Shown: positions 1 through 9,207 of the stretch, piece by piece | Layout of the letters: every line of letters starts with the position of its first letter | Numbering within the stretch: the stretch's first letter is position 1 | Sequence record: NC_048016.1 | Length of the DNA stretch: 64,000 nt | Direction: 5' to 3' (one strand) | Made by a program: the position numbers and the translations under genes | Notes under the pieces: model-generated | Database searches by the model: none | Told to the model about the DNA's origin: nothing | What the model saw: only the letters and a program-made list of their open reading frames with translations

Positions 1-885
1 CTGTTTAACATCACGTCTTCAATCCGTGGGTCCGACAACAAAATCGCCACCTACGAGATTGAGTACGCGATGCTCTACGAGGTCACGCCGGATATTGCGA
101 ACATCCTGAAAGCGTGTACGGTGCGTGAGTATTACTACGTCCGGGAACGTGCGTGGTGGGGCGAAGACACCCTCTTACAGCCGGACGAGTGGAATGAGTT
201 TCTGCGGGTAGAACGTTTACTGCTGGATATCGAGCAGACGTATGTCAAACGCTTCTACGATCACGAAACCCAAACGCTGAAGTTCCCCGAGGATGAGTAC
301 CGGGTGTACGATGTGTTCTTGGCACGGTTTGTTCGGGCAATTGGCTTGACCATGCCGGGGCACGATATCCGTATCTACCCGCACCCACCCAAACAGGTGA
401 ACGATGTCGAAACCTTCTGGGACGCTATCATTAACCAAAGCGGAACCTTCCTTGAGGACTTCAACCGCCGTTGTGCGTGTTTCTCTGTGAAGACGTTCCG
501 GGTATTGCAGATGATGAACACCATTGGCTGGTCAAAGTTCCATGCCACGTTGTTCTTCACTGCGGATAACAAGTACGCGACCTACCCGTACAACTTCCCG
601 GGCTTTGCTGGTTTTGTACCAGAGAGCATTAACTACCGCGGCAACGTAGGGGAAACCTTACCGGCCTTCGGTGTTCCAACTCTCACGCCGTATATCCTGA
701 GTGAAGAGTTTTACAAGGGCAGTTACACCAACGTGCTTGAGTGGGCGTTGCACCTCTTTATCAAACAGCAGCCGATTTCTCCCCAGCCGATCATTATCTT
801 GGCTGAGATGTTACGTACGCTGCCGAAGACGGCGCAGTTCTACTACACCCCGCTGGTTTACGTGCTCCTCCGTTACGTGAGGTAG
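1..885 (+). CDS. Probable virion structural protein, 5'-truncated by the window edge
   Basis: Frame of the listed 70..885 ORF is open from base 1 (LFNITSSIRGSDNKIATYEIEYAML...); lies in a run of tightly coupled genes upstream of helicase/MCP; function from context only. Confidence 0.45.
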   Translation: MFNITSSIRGSDNKIATYEIEYAMLYEVTPDIANILKACTVREYYYVRERAWWGEDTLLQPDEWNEFLRVERLLLDIEQTYVKRFYDHETQTLKFPEDEYRVYDVFLARFVRAIGLTMPGHDIRIYPHPPKQVNDVETFWDAIINQSGTFLEDFNRRCACFSVKTFRVLQMMNTIGWSKFHATLFFTADNKYATYPYNFPGFAGFVPESINYRGNVGETLPAFGVPTLTPYILSEEFYKGSYTNVLEWALHLFIKQQPISPQPIIILAEMLRTLPKTAQFYYTPLVYVLLRYVR

Positions 886-887
886 TA

Positions 888-1433
888 ATGAGCAAGAAGT
901 TTACCCCCGCCTTCCATTTGTTTCACAGCTGGGTAAGCTGGCGTGTGCCGGCTTATGCAACGTTGACCGAGTACGCCTTGCAAGAGCACGGTGTCTTTTT
1001 GCCGGAAGACAAGAAGAAGGCCAACGCCATCCTGCACGACCGTAAGATGATAATGGCTCGTCCGTTTGAAATTGCGGAGTATCTGTCGCAGGGTATGCCA
1101 CTGGACATCAATGACCCCAACGATGCTATCAAGGTATACGGTTGGATAATGGAACACATGGCCAACTGGTTGAACTTTTCCAGTAACCCGTCCCTTATCA
1201 AACGGCATATCCCGATAGAAGGAATGCGTGAGTTTAATAACCTTGCGAACAAGCTCTTTCCGGTCGCCCACCGTTACGGGTATTTCCGTAAGGCGGAAAT
1301 CACGATGTCAGACTCGTTGCAGTCGTTCTTCGGTCAGGAGGTGAAAGCCACCAAAGACGAACACCGCTTTAACGACACCCTGATACGGCGACTGGAAGTG
1401 GCAGCGCGTTATCAATCCCGAGGAGCGAGATAA
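888..1433 (+). CDS. Hypothetical protein (181 aa)
   Basis: Tightly coupled between neighbours (2 bp gap; TAATG overlap with next gene). Confidence 0.7.
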   Translation: MSKKFTPAFHLFHSWVSWRVPAYATLTEYALQEHGVFLPEDKKKANAILHDRKMIMARPFEIAEYLSQGMPLDINDPNDAIKVYGWIMEHMANWLNFSSNPSLIKRHIPIEGMREFNNLANKLFPVAHRYGYFRKAEITMSDSLQSFFGQEVKATKDEHRFNDTLIRRLEVAARYQSRGAR

Positions 1434-2737
1434 TGTTCGATAGGTTCCAGACAATTGTCAATAGCCACATCAGCCGGGCAATTGCGGCACCTGCCATCAA
1501 CTACAGCGCTATCGTCACCATCAAGGGCATCACGCTCAAAGTGTTGAAGGTGCGGGACGTTATCCACAGCAGTAACTTCGTGGGGGCGGTCTCAACGATA
1601 ACGCACATCACGATGGCAGTCCCGACCTCCCAGATGCGACTACTGACCACCCGTGCCAACGGAAACATGAATGTCAAACTCCTTACCTTGGCCGGTGAGA
1701 AGATTTTGAACACCGTGAACTACAATGGCGTGGTGGTCGGTACCCGTGACCCGGACATGGAATCCCCGACGATGTTCTTGGGGGAGTCTGATGATAAGTC
1801 GGTGGCCATGGTAACGCTTGAGCTGATGCCAGCCTCACTGTGGTACCAGCGTCTGAAGAACGTGGGCGGGACGTATCACGGGACGGATGGTCTCACGCTA
1901 CTGCGTAAACTGTTGGTTGATACCCTGCCCAATCAGCAGGCCGAAGCCGGCATTGTGCACTCGATTCAGTACGAGACGGAAGAGCAGCAACTTTATCGGG
2001 ATCTGGTGATTCCCGATTCCATTACCTTCTTGGAGGTGTTTGATTACATTCAGGAAAAGTATGGGGTGTATTCGAAAGGGCTAGGCGTGTTCCAGTATTT
2101 CAATAACTGGTTCTTGTTTAGACCTTACGATGAAACCAAGTTTAACAAGGCCGGATTGAAACTGGTGGTGATGAACCTGCCGCGTGAACGCTCGGCGAAC
2201 ATTGACCGGACGTTACACAGCGAAGCCAGTGTGCGGTATATCATCACCGGCGGTGATACGCTCTCAGAGGACGTGCAAGACCAGAACGCTCTGAATCAGG
2301 GCACCGGTTATCGGGTGGGGTCGCTAAGGGCCTTAGACGGCCGTACAAGCTCGTTTACGCCGGGTGAGGTATCGAAGACTACACCGGACAAGTTCGTGTC
2401 GCAGGCTGCCCCTAATAAGCACGCCTCCGGCATGGTTAACGCTCCGGTACTCAAGAAGCATTACGCTGACCACGACAAAGACATTCGCTCCAAGCTTGCT
2501 ATGCAGGATGGGCGGATTGTGAAGGTGACGTGGAACCAGTCAATGCCGAACATTGTGTACCCGGGCATGCCGGTGAAGTTTATGTATGCCAACGACGTGG
2601 GAATGTACACCCGCTTTGGCACCGTATTGGGTGAGGTCTATCACGCCTCGGTGGATGGGCAGACGTTAGCGTCCGGTCGCTTTAACAGTCAGACCGAACT
2701 GACGCTGTGGCTCTCCAACTCAAAAATAACAAACTGA
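1433..2737 (+). CDS. Virion structural protein, possibly baseplate-hub-like (434 aa)
   Basis: Beta-rich; segment TFLEVFDYIQEKYGVY...WFLFRP resembles hub proteins of contractile tails; recalled similarity to a conserved phiKZ-like virion protein. Confidence 0.45.
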   Translation: MFDRFQTIVNSHISRAIAAPAINYSAIVTIKGITLKVLKVRDVIHSSNFVGAVSTITHITMAVPTSQMRLLTTRANGNMNVKLLTLAGEKILNTVNYNGVVVGTRDPDMESPTMFLGESDDKSVAMVTLELMPASLWYQRLKNVGGTYHGTDGLTLLRKLLVDTLPNQQAEAGIVHSIQYETEEQQLYRDLVIPDSITFLEVFDYIQEKYGVYSKGLGVFQYFNNWFLFRPYDETKFNKAGLKLVVMNLPRERSANIDRTLHSEASVRYIITGGDTLSEDVQDQNALNQGTGYRVGSLRALDGRTSSFTPGEVSKTTPDKFVSQAAPNKHASGMVNAPVLKKHYADHDKDIRSKLAMQDGRIVKVTWNQSMPNIVYPGMPVKFMYANDVGMYTRFGTVLGEVYHASVDGQTLASGRFNSQTELTLWLSNSKITN

Positions 2738-2779
2738 TGTTCTACTATGACACTAACACCCCTTAAGGATTGATAAACC

Positions 2780-3580
2780 ATGAGTAACAACAACGTTTAT
2801 TCCATGCGCATGTCTGGCCAAGTGATTCAGGCTATCGATAACTACGAAGCGAATCATTTCTCTAAACCGTCTAAGCTGTTCCCACGCATCAGTAAAGTCC
2901 TGCCGCAAACTGGCGAAGTGGCGTTGATGTATGTGATGGCCACCTCCATCGATAAACGTGTGGTGATTGTCTATACCCACGACGGTGTTGAAAGCGGCAA
3001 AGAGCTGACCATTGATGAACCGGGTTCACTGGGTAACCTGCTGTTCTTACATGCCATGACGACGGCCACCTGTGCACAGGCGCTGTCGCTGCAATACGGT
3101 TTCGGCTACGCGTATGCGTTTGCGCAGAAACTGGCAGAGGGATTAGTGGCGGGCGATACCACCACCTACCCACGTTACGTTGACCGCATCACCCCGAACA
3201 TGCTGACGGACGATCTGCAGTTTGATATGTTCCGCTTTACCATGGTCGGTGCCGCCCGCGATGAAGAGTACACCGGTGCCCTGCGTGCGGTGGTGCGTTA
3301 CACCGCGCTGCCGTGTGCGTCAGATGTCTCTACCAACTTCCGTGAAGTGTGGCCGGTTATCCGTCTGGGGCACTACGTGACCTTCAACTCGTACATTCCG
3401 TTCGATGCACAGATTCTGGGCCCGTTCGATAATGCCTCGATTCTGCCGGCAGCGAAGCGTTACGGTCTGACCTGCGACGAAGCCGTGGAAGTGATTGATG
3501 AAAACGACCGCATCAACATCTCCATCAAAAACGGCCTCGACCAGAACCCTGAGTTCGAAACGCTGACGTTTGGCGGCTAA
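2780..3580 (+). CDS. Hypothetical protein (266 aa)
   Basis: TAAGGA RBS, long ORF, followed by terminator. Confidence 0.75.
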   Translation: MSNNNVYSMRMSGQVIQAIDNYEANHFSKPSKLFPRISKVLPQTGEVALMYVMATSIDKRVVIVYTHDGVESGKELTIDEPGSLGNLLFLHAMTTATCAQALSLQYGFGYAYAFAQKLAEGLVAGDTTTYPRYVDRITPNMLTDDLQFDMFRFTMVGAARDEEYTGALRAVVRYTALPCASDVSTNFREVWPVIRLGHYVTFNSYIPFDAQILGPFDNASILPAAKRYGLTCDEAVEVIDENDRINISIKNGLDQNPEFETLTFGG

Positions 3581-3586
3581 GGTTTA

Positions 3587-3624
3587 CCTCCTTTCCTTCG
3601 GGAAGGGAGGATTCCTTCTTTTTT
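3587..3624 (+). terminator. Intrinsic terminator
   Basis: CCTCCTTTCC-TTCG-GGAAGGGAGG then T-rich tract. Confidence 0.8.
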
Positions 3625-3743
3625 ACGCCTAGGCGTTATTCTACGAGTATAACCTGTGCGAATCGAATCATCATAGCCGTTAACCACAAAACGCCTTAGA
3701 ACGCGTTACAGAGCGTCTATGGGCCTTACTTCGAACGCATGAA

Positions 3744-3768
3744 ATTTCAGATAGATATTACTAAGGTG
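3744..3768 (+). promoter_or_regulatory. Candidate early (virion RNAP) promoter, copy 1
   Basis: ATTTCAGATAGATATTAC-taag-GTG; motif repeated 6 times, each ahead of a gene cluster. Confidence 0.7.
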
Positions 3769-3819
3769 AACGAATACATTAATCGTTCTACATCGACTAT
3801 CTAACTGTAAGGAATAATC

Positions 3820-4200
3820 ATGTCTAAAGTAATCTCTACTGAAATGAAAGCTCTGGTTAAGTCTTCCCCGTTCTATCTGATGATGCTGCTTTGCGCTAAA
3901 GATTCTGGTGTGGAAGAAACCATCGATGCCATCAAAGCTTGGGAAGAGCAGAACATGCCTAAGCTGCTTGACGTGATGAACCTGCCAGATGCTGAGGTAC
4001 CACACGAAGCCAAGCTGATTGCGTTAGTTTATAATTCAAAGTTCAGTCGCCCGTTTGAAGCAGACGACCTGCACGGCATGATTGACGAGTTCTTGGCACG
4101 CGTTGATGCCACGCCGGAACTGGCTGAAGAAGAGCTGAAGCCGTATGGTTCAGCCCGTGCTTATTACACCGCGAAGAAAGCAGAGTTCGCTAACGTCTAA
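3820..4200 (+). CDS. Hypothetical early protein (126 aa)
   Basis: RBS GTAAGGAATAATC; first gene after promoter motif. Confidence 0.75.
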   Translation: MSKVISTEMKALVKSSPFYLMMLLCAKDSGVEETIDAIKAWEEQNMPKLLDVMNLPDAEVPHEAKLIALVYNSKFSRPFEADDLHGMIDEFLARVDATPELAEEELKPYGSARAYYTAKKAEFANV

Positions 4201-4209
4201 GGAAACGCT

Positions 4210-4392
4210 ATGACAATCTCAGGAGTAGGCTCAAGCTATGGTTACGAATCGAAGCGTGTCACTCCTGAGGAGCGTCATGCACGTATCCAAGCCCGTATCA
4301 ACATGCTGACCATTGAACTGGCAGCGGCTAAGACCCGTGGTGATATGGCAGAAGTGTCCCGTATCGCTGCACTCATTGCTGAACTAAAATAA
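4210..4392 (+). CDS. Small protein with UVR-like C-terminal helical hairpin (60 aa)
   Basis: RBS TAAGGA; C-terminus LTIELAAAKTRGDMAEVSRIAALIAELK. Confidence 0.6.
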   Translation: MTISGVGSSYGYESKRVTPEERHARIQARINMLTIELAAAKTRGDMAEVSRIAALIAELK

Positions 4393-4415
4393 TCGACTAT
4401 TCAAAGAGGCCCATT

Positions 4416-4559
4416 ATGTTAACTCGTAACCACCTGAAAGCTATCGCCGGCATCGTTCTGTTTGTCGCTGTTGCGTGCTCTATCATCACTGTCAATAACG
4501 ATTACAACCATTGTGTTGACTTAGGCAACTCTGCAGCCCAGTGCACAGGACGTGGCTAA
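4416..4559 (+). CDS. Small membrane protein (47 aa), not in ORF track
   Basis: Hand translation MLTRNHLKAIAGIVLFVAVACSIITVNNDYNHCVDLGNSAAQCTGRG*; AAGAGG RBS; fills the gap between 4392 and 4561. Confidence 0.65.
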   Translation: MLTRNHLKAIAGIVLFVAVACSIITVNNDYNHCVDLGNSAAQCTGRG

Positions 4560-4560
4560 G

Positions 4561-4746
4561 ATGACTTTCTCTGACGCACAGTTCAACGAGTTCTTAACTA
4601 ACCCACGCATCAAACGTGAGTGGGATAACCTGTCCAACGGTGCAACGCATCGTCAGCAGGATGAGCAGGCAGTCCGTGTGACTGCCCAAGTATTCGCCGT
4701 AGACATGATGGGCAACGTAAGCCCACTGGAGCAATATAATGACTGA
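4561..4746 (+). CDS. Hypothetical protein (61 aa)
   Basis: ATG immediately after the previous stop; overlaps next gene by 8 bp. Confidence 0.6.
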   Translation: MTFSDAQFNEFLTNPRIKREWDNLSNGATHRQQDEQAVRVTAQVFAVDMMGNVSPLEQYND

Positions 4747-5080
4747 AGAAAACAAAGGCACTATTGAGACCCGTGGCCTTGAAAGCGAGTCCGACCCACA
4801 ATGGTGGAAAGGTGGCGATGTTGAGGGAACACACAAACCCAGCCCGGAGCTGGAGAAGCTGTTAAAGGATGAAGGTCCGATTACCCTCGGGCCAACTGCG
4901 CGGTTCCTTTCGCAGATTCAGAACAGTGAAGGCACGGAAGCGGCAGCAGCCCTTCTGAAAGCCTTCGACCACCATGACGGTACCCGCATGCTCCTGAACC
5001 CGAAAAAGCGCAAGGAGAGTCCGGCTACCCGGAAGTATCGTAATGTCATGAGCGGCCTTATCGCTCGTGCTGCTAAGTAA
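4739..5080 (+). CDS. Hypothetical protein (113 aa)
   Basis: GGAG RBS; followed by terminator. Confidence 0.7.
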   Translation: MTEENKGTIETRGLESESDPQWWKGGDVEGTHKPSPELEKLLKDEGPITLGPTARFLSQIQNSEGTEAAAALLKAFDHHDGTRMLLNPKKRKESPATRKYRNVMSGLIARAAK

Positions 5081-5089
5081 CAACCAACG

Positions 5090-5115
5090 GCCACCTTCGG
5101 GTGGCTTTCTTTTTT
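5090..5115 (+). terminator. Intrinsic terminator
   Basis: GCCACC-TTCG-GGTGGC then T tract. Confidence 0.8.
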
Positions 5116-5132
5116 CTCGTAAGGAGTATTAC

Positions 5133-6155
5133 ATGTCAACTATCGAAAACGCATTCCCGGGCTTTATTCTCGTCTCTCCTGAACACACCCTGTTGGCAGG
5201 GGCTAACTACGAAACTCTCGCCAAAGTCGAACCCGACCTGTGGGAAGTCAAACGCGCGTTCCACAACGGTAAAGAAGCCGTCTCTGTCTACCATCGCGGT
5301 GACCTGTTCCATCACCAGTATAACTACGAGCAGTCTGGTGTGAAGACCATGCCCATCAGTGCGATTATCCACGCACAGGCGTATGTCATCACTGCCGGTG
5401 GTGACGTGCAAACCATCCGCAACGATGTAGAAGCCCTGAACGTGCTGGCCCGTAAGGTTATCCCAGATCTCGACCTCCAAGACCAGGGTCGTGCGCAGGA
5501 ATGGGCAAAGAAAGAATTCAATGACCCCATTACCGCGGCTGATGAATTCTATCACACTTGCATGGGCTTCATGATGGACAACCTGCGTAAGTGGAAACAC
5601 AAAGACGGCCTGGTTATCACACAGCGCATGTTGTGGGGCATCCAGTCCACCGGCTTCACTATCTCAATGAAGCACGAAGATGACAAGATTGAATTCAATC
5701 GTAAATACGAGTTCTTGTCTGACTTCACCGGGTCGATGCAAGAAGAGGTGAAAGCCTTCACCGAGCTGCTACTGACCATGGGCTGGATTAGCGCCAGCCC
5801 AGACCCGATTGACATTGAGCGTCTGCGCAAAGAACGTATTGCCCGTAACTTCGTCAACCACCACCACAACGTTGAGCAGAGCCTCAAGCACAAGACACTG
5901 ACTTCTGAGTGTCGTACTGCAGAGTCATTCGCTAACCTGCCACCGGCCATGCGCGAAGAGGCGATGGAAGCCGCCCGTAACGTGAACGTTGAAGACGCTT
6001 ACCCCTCCATACCCGAGCAAGAACGGTTACAGCTGCGCCGTAATATTCTCGGGCGTATCGCTGAGTTAGAAGCCGCACCTGCGGATACGGAAAATGAAAA
6101 GACCTTGCGCGATGCAGCAATCCGCGAGCTGAACGACGCGCTTACTCGCGTGTAA
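5133..6155 (+). CDS. Hypothetical protein (340 aa)
   Basis: Start moved to ATG 5133 behind GTAAGGAGTATT RBS. Confidence 0.75.
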   Translation: MSTIENAFPGFILVSPEHTLLAGANYETLAKVEPDLWEVKRAFHNGKEAVSVYHRGDLFHHQYNYEQSGVKTMPISAIIHAQAYVITAGGDVQTIRNDVEALNVLARKVIPDLDLQDQGRAQEWAKKEFNDPITAADEFYHTCMGFMMDNLRKWKHKDGLVITQRMLWGIQSTGFTISMKHEDDKIEFNRKYEFLSDFTGSMQEEVKAFTELLLTMGWISASPDPIDIERLRKERIARNFVNHHHNVEQSLKHKTLTSECRTAESFANLPPAMREEAMEAARNVNVEDAYPSIPEQERLQLRRNILGRIAELEAAPADTENEKTLRDAAIRELNDALTRV

Positions 6156-6170
6156 GCAAATAAAATAACC

Positions 6171-6205
6171 ACCCCTACCCGAAAGAGTAGGGGTTCTTTC
6201 TTTTT
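6171..6205 (+). terminator. Intrinsic terminator
   Basis: ACCCCTAC..GAAA..GTAGGGGT then T tract. Confidence 0.75.
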
Positions 6206-6220
6206 GTAAGGAGCAATAGA

Positions 6221-6913
6221 ATGAGCGAGTTTAACCTCGGTAAGTTTTGGAACACGGTTCAAGCTAAATACTACGTTGACGAAACTGACAACCTGTTCGT
6301 CTCAGAGAGTCAGCTCTATGAGCTGGCGGGTCGCTACGTGGAGGAGCATGACTTAACGGCACTGGTCGTGACCTTTGAAGGCACAACGGTTTACGAGCGC
6401 GTAATCCACGGCGGTCCCCTCAGCACTCCAGAGATGATGGAGGCCTGCTATTCAACCGTGGCAGCTGCGATGCACAGTGCATTGTTGAGCACGTGGGACG
6501 CCAAAGCCCGCGATAACTACCTGCGTGACCTGTTCACTATCGTGCGCCAGATTAACGTCAATGCGCCAGACGAAGAAGTACAGGAACTGTTGCGCCGCAT
6601 TAAGCCTGAGAGCGATAGCGTTGATTGCGCACCCGACGGCATTTACTGGAACAGCGCGCACTATATCCGTAAGTTCTTCCCGGACAACGATTCGCTCCCA
6701 CCGGTACAATTCTCCAACGGGGAGATGTTATTCCTGATTCGTCCGATGTACGACGAGCATCAGGTCGAAGTCCTGACCATGGCCTTCCGCAACGATTTAA
6801 GCCTGCAAGGGCGCAAGCTTATGGCTTGGTACATGCATTACGAAGAAGACCTTCAGCAGCTCATTGATGAGTTCAAAGAGAGCGTTGATAAGCTCGGCTG
6901 GAAGTTGGTCTAA
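6221..6913 (+). CDS. Hypothetical protein (230 aa)
   Basis: GTAAGGAGCAAT RBS; own terminator. Confidence 0.75.
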   Translation: MSEFNLGKFWNTVQAKYYVDETDNLFVSESQLYELAGRYVEEHDLTALVVTFEGTTVYERVIHGGPLSTPEMMEACYSTVAAAMHSALLSTWDAKARDNYLRDLFTIVRQINVNAPDEEVQELLRRIKPESDSVDCAPDGIYWNSAHYIRKFFPDNDSLPPVQFSNGEMLFLIRPMYDEHQVEVLTMAFRNDLSLQGRKLMAWYMHYEEDLQQLIDEFKESVDKLGWKLV

Positions 6914-6921
6914 TTAATAAG

Positions 6922-6950
6922 CAGTGTCCTTCGGGGCACTGTTTTTTTTT
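6922..6950 (+). terminator. Intrinsic terminator
   Basis: CAGTGTCC-TTCG-GGGCACTG then T9. Confidence 0.85.
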
Positions 6951-6970
6951 GTTTATTTTTTTTTTGCATG

Positions 6971-7006
6971 AAAAAGAAAAAGCACCCCCACCGATTGGCA
7001 GGGGTG
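6971..7006 (-). terminator. Minus-strand terminator candidate
   Basis: CACCCC...GGGGTG hairpin preceded on + by AAAAAGAAAAA. Confidence 0.5.
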
Positions 7007-7103
7007 AATATCCGAGCAAGACAAGATCGATTTTCATGTTGTGGATTACCGGATAGTAACCCATATAATCGCCCAGACAAATTAGTATGCATTCCCTACA
7101 GCC

Positions 7104-7568
7104 ATGGAGTTTCAAATGATCCCGTCTATTTTATTACACGCTTCCGCCTATCACTCATCGGATCTTGCACCAGGTTTTAAGCGCACCCATGAGCTTGTCA
7201 AATGGGATGATACGGAAAGCAACGAATGGCTATATGCAGGCGTTGATAGACTTGACGTGTTGCTACAGGGGTATGGTGGCTATATGGAGCGGGCGTATAA
7301 CTCCACACGTTTACAAGTGAACGGTAGGCGGGTCACCGTGTGGTTTGACGAGCTACCCGAGGATGTCGCACCACCGACCATTTATCTTTATACCGTCAGT
7401 CCCGATGAATCAGACGGGTGGGTGCCGGTGGGGAATAAAATAAATACCCATTTCAAAGAATACAAAACGAAGAATACGGTGCACTATAAAAAGGTGGAGG
7501 AGGTACGTATGGACGCGAGGTGGTTTACAAATCAGGGCTTCCGACTTACACACAAACAAAACAAATAA
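7104..7568 (+). CDS. Hypothetical protein, possible ADP-ribosyltransferase-like fold (154 aa)
   Basis: LLHAS...LAPG, LYA, IYLYTV and EY motifs in ART-like order; perfect TATAAT at 7064-7069 upstream. Confidence 0.4.
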   Translation: MEFQMIPSILLHASAYHSSDLAPGFKRTHELVKWDDTESNEWLYAGVDRLDVLLQGYGGYMERAYNSTRLQVNGRRVTVWFDELPEDVAPPTIYLYTVSPDESDGWVPVGNKINTHFKEYKTKNTVHYKKVEEVRMDARWFTNQGFRLTHKQNK

Positions 7569-7594
7569 GTTATCAGGGCGGCACATCTAAACCA

Positions 7595-7616
7595 CCCGAG
7601 AGCCTTGGCTCTCGGG
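7595..7616. terminator. Hairpin between convergent genes
   Basis: CCCGAGAGC-CTTG-GCTCTCGGG; no clear T tract. Confidence 0.5.
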
Positions 7617-7622
7617 CAGCTG

Positions 7623-9194
7623 TTAGAACAAATCGTCGCCCATGCCACCGGTAAAGTGGTTGATTGAGGAGGCGGAGACTTTGTTTTCTTTATCTACATC
7701 CCAAGGAAGGATGCCTACGTCATGGAATGGCAACACACAGTAGTGATGCTTTTCATGGGTATCGATAATGGTGCGGTGTTTCCCTCGTTGCACCTCGAGG
7801 TAGCTGCGTCCGTTGACGACACGCTTGTTGAAGAACATTTCGCCGTCAGCCTCGTTATCAAGGCTGGTACAGTTGTCGTAGAGACCACGACCTGGAAGAC
7901 TCTTACAGAATCCTACTGGGTCAAGCGCTTTCGCTTGTTTACCCGCTGGTGAAATTTGGTGCGGTGCTAATGCAAAGCCTTTCTGACGGATAACCATGAT
8001 GTTACGCACGATACGGTAAATCTCTTTGATGTCCGTACCGGCAATGCCGTTACCGTGGCCAGCTTTGTTAATCGTGCCGAAGTAATCGCCACGCAACCCA
8101 ACGACGTGGAACCCGCGTGTTTTCAGGTCCGAGATAATGTCATTGAGGTAATGAACTTTGAAGTCAGTGTTGGTGTGTTTCTGGAACACGTAGTCCCAAC
8201 CGTTCTGACGAATCTTGCCACACAGGTAATCAGACATGCCCTGCGTGTGTGCTTCTTTCTCGAGGTCTGTTGCAGTCTCCGGCATAATCAGCGACGGGGC
8301 AACACCTTCGTAGTGACCATACACTGCCTGATAACCGTAGGCAATGTTAACGTCGAGTTCGTTTTCAAACGACAAGTCTAAGATAACCGGCGTTAATGTT
8401 CCCGGTACGTCAAGCATCACTGAACCCGGGTCATTGAAGATAGGGATAGACAGTGAGGTCAACAGACTGAACAGTGACTTACAGTTAAAGGGCAGGGCCG
8501 GCTGTAACCACAGCTCTTCGGTAATCCCTTTGTTACAACCCAGCATGTTGTTGATATCTTGCCAACCGGTACGCAGACCGTTACCTGCTGCTTTACGGTT
8601 GATGCTACCAAAAACTTTTACGAACGGTGCGGTGTTATTTGTGACGAGCTCATTGACTAGGCTTGGAATCTTATTATGAGCGCGTTCACCGAACGCTGAT
8701 AGCGAGTTCTTAAGTTCGCTCAGTGCTGTGGTGACATCAATACGGGTTTCTGTTCCATTAACAGCGCCCCAAGCACGACCCAGTTGTTGCTTAAGTGCAA
8801 CACCTTGGATAACTTGACGCATCTGGAAGTAATAGGAGGCGACAAGCTTACGACGGTACTCTTGTAGCGCTTCTTCTTCGGCAGGCACGTCCTCACCTTC
8901 TTCTTTCAGGAAGTCGGTTATCGTATCGTATAGAGGACGCATTTGTGTTGTGGCCAGTCGAAGACGCTTCATGACAACGTGGTGGTCGTACTCGACACCG
9001 CTGTCAATGATAGATGTGATGATATCCTTGATTTCGATTAGGGCAGACCTTTCGTCCCCCTCTTCGACATAGTCAGGTAACCTAGCTTCTAGCAGTATTC
9101 TTCTTATGACGTCGTGGTCAATGACCGGGTCGTTAAGAAGGCTCTCCGCATGTAGCGTCGCTAAGGCTGTTATCAACATCATTTTACTATTCAT
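7623..9194 (-). CDS. DnaB-like replicative helicase (phiKZ-type, 523 aa)
   Basis: Degenerate Walker A ALPFNCKS, ILDLSFENE, DYFG (Walker B-like), APHQIS, QRGKHR arginine-finger motif; divergent from the MCP operon as in phiKZ-like phages. Confidence 0.85.
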   Translation of the reverse strand: MNSKMMLITALATLHAESLLNDPVIDHDVIRRILLEARLPDYVEEGDERSALIEIKDIITSIIDSGVEYDHHVVMKRLRLATTQMRPLYDTITDFLKEEGEDVPAEEEALQEYRRKLVASYYFQMRQVIQGVALKQQLGRAWGAVNGTETRIDVTTALSELKNSLSAFGERAHNKIPSLVNELVTNNTAPFVKVFGSINRKAAGNGLRTGWQDINNMLGCNKGITEELWLQPALPFNCKSLFSLLTSLSIPIFNDPGSVMLDVPGTLTPVILDLSFENELDVNIAYGYQAVYGHYEGVAPSLIMPETATDLEKEAHTQGMSDYLCGKIRQNGWDYVFQKHTNTDFKVHYLNDIISDLKTRGFHVVGLRGDYFGTINKAGHGNGIAGTDIKEIYRIVRNIMVIRQKGFALAPHQISPAGKQAKALDPVGFCKSLPGRGLYDNCTSLDNEADGEMFFNKRVVNGRSYLEVQRGKHRTIIDTHEKHHYCVLPFHDVGILPWDVDKENKVSASSINHFTGGMGDDLF

Positions 9195-9207
9195 GGAGCA
9201 TCCTTCA

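Noticed and set aside
3626-3740. Possible tRNA or ncRNA in the 240-bp intergenic gap (also 57480..57630)
   Set aside because: Only a short palindrome (CGCCTAGGCG); no cloverleaf, T-loop or CCA found by eye
9106-9207. Listed upstream starts at 9106, 22867, 5067, 18733, 59540 and 48858
   Set aside because: They run through other genes or terminators; downstream ATGs have better RBSs
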